A stretch of 64,000 bases of DNA, from IMG/VR virus record IMGVR_UViG_3300046170_000211, positions 685 through 64,684 of that record. One strand, written 5' to 3'. Shown here one piece after another: positions 9,545 through 19,200 of the stretch (the stretch's first letter is position 1; each line of letters starts with the position of its first letter). The stretch comes from a virus (lineage: Duplodnaviria; Caudoviricetes). Below the pieces are notes generated by a model. The model made no database searches. It was given only the letters and a program-made list of their open reading frames with translations, and was not told where the DNA came from. The translations under genes were made by a program, and so were the position numbers.

Positions 9545-10990
9545 ATGATAGAACAATATAGGTATAAGACTAAGCCTTATGCTCATCAATTGACGGCTCT
9601 AAAAAAGTCTTGGGCGCAGAAAACCTACGCTTTATTTATGGAAATGGGTACAGGTAAATCCAAGGTCCTCGTTGATAATATAGCTATGCTGTATGATAAT
9701 GGCGCTATTAGGGCTGCTTTAATAGTTGCTCCTAAGGGTGTGTACAAGAACTGGAATGATATAGAGTTCCCGGTTCACCTACCAGAGCATGTAGATCATA
9801 CAAAAGTATTGTGGGAAGCAACCATAACTAAGAAAAAACAGGCTGAGCTAGATACATTATTTGATGGTAAAGAAGAACTTAAGATATTGATAATGAACGT
9901 AGAAGCTTTTTCTACAAAGAAAGGTCTGGACTTTGCACATTCTTTCCTTAACATATTTCTTGGAAGAGCTTTGATTGGGATCGATGAATCTACGACGATC
10001 AAGAGTCCGACAGCAAAGCGAACAAAAAACATTTTAACTCTAGGGAATCTCGCGAAGTACCGTAGAATATTGACAGGCTCTCCCGTAACTAAATCTCCAC
10101 TTGACTTGTTTAGTCAGTGTAAGTTTTTAGACCCTTATCATTTGGGTTATGACTCTTACTATGCTTTTCGCTCTAGGTATGCACAAATGCTTGACAGAAA
10201 TTTTGGCGGTCGTCGTGTACAGATAGTAGGTAGTTATAGAAACCTAGGAGAACTTACTGACAAACTAGATAAATTTTCTTATCGCGTATTAAAAGAAGAT
10301 TGTTTAGACCTACCAGAAAAAGTATTTACAAAACGTATTGTAGAATTAAGTGACGAACAGAAAAAAATATATGCACAGATGAAACAGATGGCTCTCGCTA
10401 TGTTGGATGGTAAAGTTATGTCAACTGTCAACGTCATGACTCAGCTTATGCGCTTGCATCAAGTGACTTGTGGTACGTTTAAAGCTGACGATGGTACTAT
10501 CAAACACCTGTCAAATAACAGACTCACAGCTTTAATGGATTGTCTAGAAGAAACTGACGGCAAGGTCATAATTTGGGCAACTTACCGTGAGGACATTAAA
10601 AAAATAGTCGATTCTTTAAAAAAAGCTTACGGAGAAGCCTCTACAGTCGAATATCACGGTGGGGTGGATGCTACCCTTCGCCAGGACCACATTGCTCAGT
10701 TTCAGCAAGAAAAGGGCCCTACACGCTATTTCGTCGGAAACCCCCAAACTGGAGGGTATGGAATTACTCTTACAGCAGCAAACACAGTTATTTACTTTTC
10801 TAACTCATATGATCTAGAAAAAAGACTACAGTCAGAAGACAGAGCACACCGTATCGGCCAGACTGGCAGTGTTACTTACGTGGATTTAATAGCAGAAAAG
10901 ACTATAGATGAGAAAATAGTTAAATCACTTAGGGATAAAATAGACATTGCAAATGAAATTATGGGCGAAGATCTTAAAGACTGGATCTAA
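9545..10990 (+). CDS. SNF2-like SF2 helicase
   Basis: MGTGKS, DEST, TGSPV, GITLTAA, QSEDRAHRIGQ. Confidence 0.93.
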   Translation: MIEQYRYKTKPYAHQLTALKKSWAQKTYALFMEMGTGKSKVLVDNIAMLYDNGAIRAALIVAPKGVYKNWNDIEFPVHLPEHVDHTKVLWEATITKKKQAELDTLFDGKEELKILIMNVEAFSTKKGLDFAHSFLNIFLGRALIGIDESTTIKSPTAKRTKNILTLGNLAKYRRILTGSPVTKSPLDLFSQCKFLDPYHLGYDSYYAFRSRYAQMLDRNFGGRRVQIVGSYRNLGELTDKLDKFSYRVLKEDCLDLPEKVFTKRIVELSDEQKKIYAQMKQMALAMLDGKVMSTVNVMTQLMRLHQVTCGTFKADDGTIKHLSNNRLTALMDCLEETDGKVIIWATYREDIKKIVDSLKKAYGEASTVEYHGGVDATLRQDHIAQFQQEKGPTRYFVGNPQTGGYGITLTAANTVIYFSNSYDLEKRLQSEDRAHRIGQTGSVTYVDLIAEKTIDEKIVKSLRDKIDIANEIMGEDLKDWI

Positions 10991-11448
10991 AACAGAATTG
11001 GAACGTACGAAGTTTTTCCTTCTACTTTTTCTGCCTTCAGTGTTTGTTTTCTTGATCTTGACATGGATGCTGAGCAATGAACCCATCCTGAATTTGGATC
11101 AACACCATCATAGAACTCTAGTATCAACTGATCAAAGTCACAATTTTTACTAATCCACGACGCAAGTTCCTTGTTGTCAACTCCAGGTATCTCAAAGTCT
11201 GCTGCCTCACCCTTGGCATGTTGTGACTTAGACGAAGACCCGATAGCCTCGCACAACTCTGGGCTTCTGTAGCCTGAGGATATCATGACTGGTTTACCAA
11301 AATGCTCACGCACTGGTTGTAAGACAGTCTTCGCTAGGTGAATAAGATTTTCAATCTCCGCGGTACCCGGTTCATTCTTAATATTCTTACGTACCGCTGT
11401 TTGAGATTTAACTAGCTCTGCTAGTGAAAAGTTTTCTGATAAATTCAT
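10987..11448 (-). CDS. Peptidase M15A family endolysin
   Basis: SENFSLAE, SSGYRS, SQHAKGEAAD, WVHCS Zn-peptidase motifs. Confidence 0.88.
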   Translation of the reverse strand: MNLSENFSLAELVKSQTAVRKNIKNEPGTAEIENLIHLAKTVLQPVREHFGKPVMISSGYRSPELCEAIGSSSKSQHAKGEAADFEIPGVDNKELASWISKNCDFDQLILEFYDGVDPNSGWVHCSASMSRSRKQTLKAEKVEGKTSYVPILF

Positions 11449-12299
11449 TACAGACCCCTGAATGGAGACTGCATTCCTTTTGAAGCTAGACTGCCATAAT
11501 TAGATGAAGGTGCAACTAGATCTCCTGGAGACGTAGTTGGTTTTGTTTCTCCAGGCGCAGGTGGCGGAGTAATTTCATTACCACCAAATGGACTAGATGT
11601 TTCGTCAAAATATTTTTTAAATAAATCCCCTATGCCTGTTAGTAAATCAGTTTTAAATGTAGAGAAATCGAATGGGTTTTGTCCTGGCATTGTTGAAGGA
11701 TTAAGAGGATTTTGAGGTGTTCCCATTTCAGAATTAGCAGGACCAAATGTTGTCATTTGTGGAGGTCTTCCGTCTTCACCTGTACCTGCTGCTTGTGTTA
11801 TCATTTGTGGAGGTCTTCCATTTTCAAATACTACTTGTGTCACCATGTTTTGTGGAGGTCTTCCATGTTCGCCTAACATTTTTGTACCAGGAGGCATTCC
11901 ACCACCTATACCACTACCGCCTTCAGGATCAGCCAGTGTCATCATCGGAGGCGTACCACCACCCGGCAAAAGATTGTGAAGAGGAGGCATACCAATAGAA
12001 CTATTGTTCTCTCCTCCGCCCATAGCTAATGTTACTGGATTAAAATTACCTCCACCTCCACCAGGATTTAAAATACTACCGCCTTGTTCTCCAACTGCCG
12101 CTGTGTTGATGTTTCCTATACCCCCTATACTACTACCGCCTTCAGGATCAGCCATTGTCATAGCAATAGGATTTATAGTGCCAGTGCCAATACCACCAGA
12201 ACCAGGACTCACTGCCATTGCAGCTTGTCTTAAAGTTCTTTGTTCATTACTACCTAAGTCAGGAATAAATCCTTGTTCACCCACAGCCAATGTTGTCAT
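11448..12299 (-). CDS. Multi-core repeat protein; putative graspetide (omega-ester peptide) precursor
   Basis: Nine T-x4/x6-E-x-G-like units (TTLAVGEQG, TMADPEGG, TAAVGEQGG, TLAMGGGEN, TLADPEGG, TKMLGEHG, TQVVFENG, TQAAGTGEDG, TFGPANSEMG) in G/P linkers; ATGA overlap with the ATP-grasp gene. Confidence 0.7.
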   Translation of the reverse strand: MTTLAVGEQGFIPDLGSNEQRTLRQAAMAVSPGSGGIGTGTINPIAMTMADPEGGSSIGGIGNINTAAVGEQGGSILNPGGGGGNFNPVTLAMGGGENNSSIGMPPLHNLLPGGGTPPMMTLADPEGGSGIGGGMPPGTKMLGEHGRPPQNMVTQVVFENGRPPQMITQAAGTGEDGRPPQMTTFGPANSEMGTPQNPLNPSTMPGQNPFDFSTFKTDLLTGIGDLFKKYFDETSSPFGGNEITPPPAPGETKPTTSPGDLVAPSSNYGSLASKGMQSPFRGL

Positions 12300-13060
12300 T
12301 TACAGAGCTCCTTGTACAAACATTCTCCTAACTTACCTTTAGTTTTGTTGTCAAATACAATAAACATAGGCATGTCATTAGTTTCCAAATAATAATAATC
12401 AGTCCCATCAAACATAAAATCAGAAGCTGTAAAACTTAGGTCTAAAAGTTTGTTTAATTCTATCAGCTTTTGTTTTAGGTCCCCTGGAACTTCCACACAT
12501 TTACAGTCTACTTCACTGTCTTCTCTGTAGTCTATCATCGAAGTCATTATTTCGAAAGCAAATATAGTGCCTTTAATAGCATATATTCTGATGTTTTTGC
12601 CAACTATTTTGTCTTGGATTATACAGGGATAAGTGGCCTCGTTGCCTTCTGCTACATGAGCCCCTCCTGTAACAGGCTTTACTATCTGTTCTTTTCTATC
12701 TATTCCTTGTGAAAATACAGTGTGTGGTATTTTAAGACCAACTTTCTTAGCCATCTCCAGGTCGTACAGTTTAGATATAGGAGGCATCATTTTGTTTCTG
12801 TTGTGAACCTTCACCTCAGGATTAGCTAATATATAGTTATAAAGCATATACTGATTAGAATATTTTTTATGTGTCTGAGGTTCAAAAACATTATGTCTCA
12901 TAAATACTGCTCCTGGTTCTATCAATTCTTTATTTACGTAGAACTTGTTTTGTTGGAGGTCCCACTCAAAAACGCTGTTTAAATCTACAAACTCGTCAAA
13001 GTGATGTTTTATGCAAACTATGTTGGGGTCGGTCAATTGACCAAAGATATAAGATTTCAC
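12296..13060 (-). CDS. ATP-grasp ligase, RimK/graspetide synthetase-like
   Basis: K..DL..AKKVGLKIPHT, IVKPVTGG, IIQDKI, IRIY, DYR, ASDF...YYLETN..PMF. Confidence 0.88.
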   Translation of the reverse strand: MKSYIFGQLTDPNIVCIKHHFDEFVDLNSVFEWDLQQNKFYVNKELIEPGAVFMRHNVFEPQTHKKYSNQYMLYNYILANPEVKVHNRNKMMPPISKLYDLEMAKKVGLKIPHTVFSQGIDRKEQIVKPVTGGAHVAEGNEATYPCIIQDKIVGKNIRIYAIKGTIFAFEIMTSMIDYREDSEVDCKCVEVPGDLKQKLIELNKLLDLSFTASDFMFDGTDYYYLETNDMPMFIVFDNKTKGKLGECLYKELCK

Positions 13061-13281
13061 TTCACCATGCCAAGTAATGTTTCAATAAAAATTAATCCAA
13101 CAGCCCCCACTGTAGATAAAACAACCCAATAGATTTTGTCTATCTTGCCACCCAATTTCTCTACGTCCTTGTGCACGTGTGATACGTCTTGTTTTATATT
13201 ATCTAGTTCTCGTTTCACCCCGGTTATGTGTCCTTGTATTGAAATTATATGTTCGCGTTCTGTTTCTGGTTCCATTTCCAT
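13057..13281 (-). CDS. Holin/XhlA-like membrane protein
   Basis: Coiled coil followed by C-terminal TM helix IYWVVLSTVGAVGLIFI; close to the endolysin. Confidence 0.5.
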   Translation of the reverse strand: MEMEPETEREHIISIQGHITGVKRELDNIKQDVSHVHKDVEKLGGKIDKIYWVVLSTVGAVGLIFIETLLGMVK

Positions 13282-16200
13282 TATACAGTTCCTTTATTTC
13301 TCTGATAGTAAAGTTTTTCAGTTGGCGACAAGTATACACTTTGAGCATCTGTAAGTCCAGTCTGAGGATTAACCGCGTTGCCCGTTCCTTGAGCTATTTG
13401 ATTTGGTTGTACGACAGGTGTTCCTGTGTCAGGAATAGGAGGAACAGGTAAGTCTTGTGTATTTTTAGAATAAGGAACAAAAGGCTTTTCTTTACTCATA
13501 GGAAGAAGAGGACCTCCTTCTTTGTCTGTTATTTCAAAGTCCTCAAATTTTATACGATCCCATTTTCTTTGAGCTCTTCTTAACGCCGATGATGGTATAA
13601 AATCTGTTTTGTTAAATCTCATATCAGGGTTTGCATTTTTAATTTTTTCATACCTAGATTTTAAACCACCTTCACCCCATGATAATGCTTTAAACTCACC
13701 TCTTAAAATTTTTCTAATAGTTGAGCTAGGTATCTTTCTATCTTTTAAAGCTTCCTTAACCTGTCGTTCTGTCATTAAACCAGAGTCTATTGCAGATTTA
13801 ACAGCTCTATAAAACTTGTACTGTTGTCTAAATGCTTCTTCATTCATTTCATTATACTCACGTACAAGTTGTCCTGGTCCTCGGTTTTGATAATTTTTTG
13901 TACTGTACCAACCTTCACTAACTTTTGAGTCTTTAAACGTATTTTGAAATTCACTAATTTTGTATGCAAACGATCCCGGTACATCAACAGTAACTGTTGA
14001 ACCACCGAACAGTTTAAACATTTCATCTCTTACTCTTAAAGGTTGACCTGTTCCAGACACATCTCCTGCGAAAGCAGAATAAATTCTTTGAGCACTACTA
14101 ACTACTCCAGGTTCATTTTTGTTTGCAATATGCATAATACCTTTGTCAAATTTTTCTAGAACAGTGTCTGAATCAGACCACACAGAACTTCCTGTTTTTG
14201 TCTTACCTGTTAAAGCTTCATACACACCCTCTGTACCAATAGATAAACCGAACAACGTGCCGTTTAATAAATCAAGCAATGGACCTGACGCATTAAAGTA
14301 CTCAGATAGCACATCTGTTTCTACTCTAGCAGGGTCTAGTTTCGTCTTAGGGTCTGTTGCCCTAACAATTAAATTATTTACTGTAGAGCTAATTAAATCG
14401 TATGGGTTGTATCGAGACATATCAAATACTTTAAATGTACCTGTTTCTTTATCACGATTACTAATAGGCACTAAATCACTAAACTTCATATAATCTGGTG
14501 CAAACTCGTCTTTATAAGTTCTAATTTGCTCAGGTGTAATATTAGTCATTGCGTAACCTAATCCTCTAGCGCCCTCGTTTAACGCCCATAGTGTTGCAGC
14601 TTGCCCCATCAATGATCTATAACCCATTGCTCTAAGAGTTGCGTTATCAGATGCAATGTGTTTCATTGCTAATGCAGATGTTGCAAAACTTGTTCTAATT
14701 ATTTCTGCAGGGAAAGATACAAAGTTACCAATAAAAGGTATTTTTCTAATAGCTTGAATCATAGGAGGCACTTTACTATAAGTAGGCATAAGTTCTCTTA
14801 CTAACATAGCAGAATATTCTTCTACAGCCTCGTACATATTTTTTGGATTAAATTCTGTAATACCAAAATCATCTTTAACTATTTTCTTAACTTCATCAAC
14901 ATTTTTAAAAGCACCTTTAAGTTGTGATTTTAAATACTCATGGCCGTACCATTTCCAAACATTGTCACCACCTGAATACAGTCGTGTGGCTGTTTTCATA
15001 AGTTTAGAGTTATCAGCAATAGATGCAATTTGACCAAACGTACCAACTTTACCTGTTTTTATGTCTTGAAGAACAGCGCTTAGCTCTGACGCTACAATGT
15101 TTTCATCTATTACACCAAGTTCAGATTTTCTTGCAATATTGTTTATTAAATCTTCTTCGTTTAAAACTTTACCTGCTCCAAAAATATCATCTAACGTAAT
15201 TTTAAAAGCATCTGCTACAGAAGCTGTTCCACCAATCCATCCATTATTAAGAACGAATGCAGCGGCACTACCAAAGTTACGTGTTTGTGTTGCTGGAGAG
15301 AGAACTGTCTTACCTGTTTGCACACCTGCTTTGTATGCAATCATAGATTGATAAATACTACTTTCCATAAATTTATCTAATTGTCCAAGTGACCCTCGCA
15401 GCATTCCTGTTACTTCTTTTGATCCATATAAATTTGTAATACCTGACTCTAATAAACCAAGGCCTGGGACCCTACCTACAACAACAGGGTTAACAACACC
15501 TGCTCTAATTGCTTCATCTCGTGATGCAAACAAACGTCCTTGTTGCAGCAACAATTCACCAATACGATCATAATTTTTTAAGTTTGCGGCTTGTGTTACC
15601 AAACTAGAAGTTGTCTGCATAACAGAAGAACGCAGTCCTTGTTCTTCTCCTAATAATTTTTTAATAACATTAGGCAACTCTTCTCCAGTTTGAATAACTA
15701 AATCATCTAGCTTTAAATTGTCTTTGGCTATTTTTTGTAGCTGTATAATTGGATCAAATCCTTCTGTTTTAACTGTAGCTAATAAATCATCTACTTGTTG
15801 TCTTGCAAAATTTCTAATGGCAACGTCTGTATTTTCTGTAGAACCTTTAATAGCTAATTGCACTAAAGATTCATTGTTACGAATACGGTCAACAACAAAA
15901 TCAATAGCTTTTTCTTTTAAGTTATCGTTTACTTTAAATTGTGGATTTGTAAATATACCAAACGATTGTCTAATGTATGATTTTAAATTACTTGTTAAAA
16001 ATTGTTTTAAACCACTTTCATCAGGTAACACGTCTTTATAGAAATTACGCACTGAGTCAAACTCTTTACTTAGTTCTTTTGCCATAGTTTGTAATTCTTT
16101 TGGTAAATCAGATAATTTTATTTGTCCTTTTATGTACGACAGCACTTGATCAAGTAGATAATCTTGTCCTGCTGGAGATGTTTTACTTGTATTGTATTTT

Positions 16201-19200
16201 TTTAAAAAACCGTTTGCTAAGTTGTATGCTTTAACTTCTATAGAATCTAACATTTTTTCTATTTGTCTAGATTTTGATTTAATAAAATTTTGTGTCTTTA
16301 CATCTAAATATAATTGGTCAGGACTTCTTTTCCCTGCTTCTCTAAAAAACGAAAATACATTATCTATTTTTTTAAGATTAGCTTTTAGCGGGTCAGCACT
16401 GTTTACTTCAAACATTCTCCAATCTTTAAAATCAGGAAGTTGTTTTATCAATCCGGGTTTCGCGCCCATAGCTGCAACAGCAGCTCTTGTAATTATGTCT
16501 TTGCCTAAAAAGTCTGCAAATATTTTAGTACCACCTGCAACGCCTTGACTTACTTCTCTTAGTCCTGGAACTCCTACTTCTAGTTTTCCTGCTGAACTAA
16601 ATGGTGCTTTTAATGTACCGCTTGCTAGATAAGATAATGGTTTAACTGCTAATTCATTTCCTAATTGTAATGTTTTACCGCCTACAAAAGCAGTAGGTTT
16701 AAGCAAACCGAACTTTGTAGCCAACCATAAAGGTGGGCCCACTAATGGAAACAAACCACCTATAATTGCGCCGTCCGCACCAAAACGTAATCTGTTTTTA
16801 AAATTAACTAAAGCTAGCTCTTTACCATTTAAACCTTCTGTGTCCTCATAATTATACCCTAAAGTATTATCAAACAACAACGGATCATCTTTAAAAGCTG
16901 CTGATACGGTGTTGTATGGCCCACCTGCAATAAAATCAGTGCCACCAAAAACTGCCGCTGATGTACCAACACGTTTTGCAACGTTTGATATTTTTGCGCC
17001 TAACAATGCTTTACCAGTTAAACTGTACGTTGGTGTTGCAAATAAATTTACACCCAAAGTAGCTTTTAAAGCTCGTCTAAACCAATTTACAGCTTTAAAT
17101 ACAGCGCCTCCAGGTATACCAAATTCAACTCCTATTGCTCCTATTTCTCCTAAAAATGTTTCTGGTTCTGAAAAACGCCCATCTTCTATCATTTTGTCGT
17201 AACGTTCTTTTACTTTAGCAGTTGCCTGTGTTCCAAAACCTAAGTCAACCATATTTGCAAAAAGGTCAGCGATGTTATAGCTAAGACGAAATGCTCCTGT
17301 TTCTTGTGCCCTGTTTAGTTCGTCAACAAGAGAGGTGTATGTTTGTTCGTCAGGTGTTTTACCAACTCCTGAATTGAGATAATTCCACACACCATAAATA
17401 GCGGGAAACTCTTCTTTCATAGATATATCATTTTCAGTGCCTTTACGTACCGAGTTGTATGCATCTTCAAAAAGTTCCAAAGCACTTACTTGAGGTTCCA
17501 CATACTGTCGGCCAAAGTATTTAAGTAACGGACTTTCTGTAACTAACTTGTAGCCATCTTTTATTGGTTTAAACTCTAAAGGCCTGTCACTTTTGTTTAT
17601 AATATCACGTGTGTCTTTTAAGATATCATCTACCGTTATATTTGTCGCACCTGCAAACCCCTCTATTGTATCTGATAAAGCTCCATCAAGATAATATGCG
17701 TATAAATCTTTTATGTCTTTTTGAACGTTTTTAAAATCTTCTTTTCTTTTTTCTTCATCATCACCAACTACTCCTGGTGTTTTAAAACCTTCTCTGTTTA
17801 TAGGAGGGCCGCCTTCTGCGTTTCCAGTGTTGGTTTTTGGAGCTAAATCATCAAGCATAGTAAAACTACCATCAGCGTTTCTTGGTATCTTGTATGCATA
17901 GCCTGCTTTGTTTGCTTCTTTTACGAGATCCATACCATATTTTTCTTTAAACAACTTACGTTCGGCTTTTGTATAATACTTTGTAACCTCGCTAGGTTTC
18001 ATTATTTCTGCAAGATATGGTTTAGCATTAATTGTTTTACCATTTACTTTTATGTTTCTTTTAACAATTGCATTGTGAGCATCTATATATTCGTCAAGAC
18101 TAATATTTCCTTTTAACCACGATGAATTTTTTGTACCCAAAGCACCTTGCAAAGATCCAAGTGCTTTATTAAGCTCGTTGTCAATAAGTATGACAAAGTT
18201 ACCATACGAGTCTAAATTATTTTTACCTGTTGTTCTAATTCCAGCAAACTCATGAATTGAATCGTTTGTTGTATTGTTTTTATAAAAACGTCTTTCTATC
18301 GTAGCTCTTTTACCATTTGCTCTTGGTAGCACATTATCGGCTTGTGTAATATAAATATTTCTTTCAGCCACACCGTAATGAGAAAACCAACTACCTTGAG
18401 ATGCTTTTTCATTTATATCTTTTATAAGTCGTTTAGCTAGTTTTTTATCTTTTGGAAAATTTACAGTAAAAGGATTAACTAGATCATAGTTTGTTGGTAA
18501 AATAATATCTTCACCGTTTATGTAATCTATTATTCTATTGATTCTATTTCCAGCTTCTGAAGACGTAAGACCAGGTGTGCCTGGCACATGATCGTCAAAC
18601 ATCGCTGCATTTAATTCATCTAGGCTTGGAACTTTCCCGTCTTTTGTTATCATTTTGTTAAGTTTGGAGTTTCTTGTCAAAACAGCTACGTCGTTTGCCA
18701 TGGGAGTGGTCATTAACTTTCCATTTAAAAAACGATTATGAAGTTTTTTTATTTTTTTAATGTCTTCTGGTTTAATATCTTTAAACACATAAGCTACGTC
18801 CGGCACGCCCTTAAGCTCATATTTTCCACCCTTTAAAGTCGTGGCATTCAGAGGAGTAGCGGGTGGAAGTTCTATTTTTTTAACATTTAAAATTTTCATG
18901 ATCTCCTGTGCAATTGTATTTCTTATATCAGATGGTTGTATTATGTCACCCCTTCCCAACAGCCTAAGATCGTCTAATACTCCTGGAAGTTTTTTTTCAA
19001 ATACAGCTCTTATTTCTGGCTCACTAAGACCGTTAAGCTTATTTTTTTGTTTCATATAAGTATTAAGTTTTTTTAAATTATAAACAGTAGAGTTTTTAGT
19101 TTTTAAGTCTAAACCATCAAAACCACGATCAGATGATTTTATTGCATTAAATCTAAAAACAGGAGGAAGGTTAAGTTCATCATTCATTACCTGTTTATAC

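Noticed and set aside
12296-13060. Plain RimK ribosomal protein S6 glutamyl ligase
   Set aside because: Not excluded, but disfavoured by the DYR motif and coupling to a T-x4-E repeat ORF.
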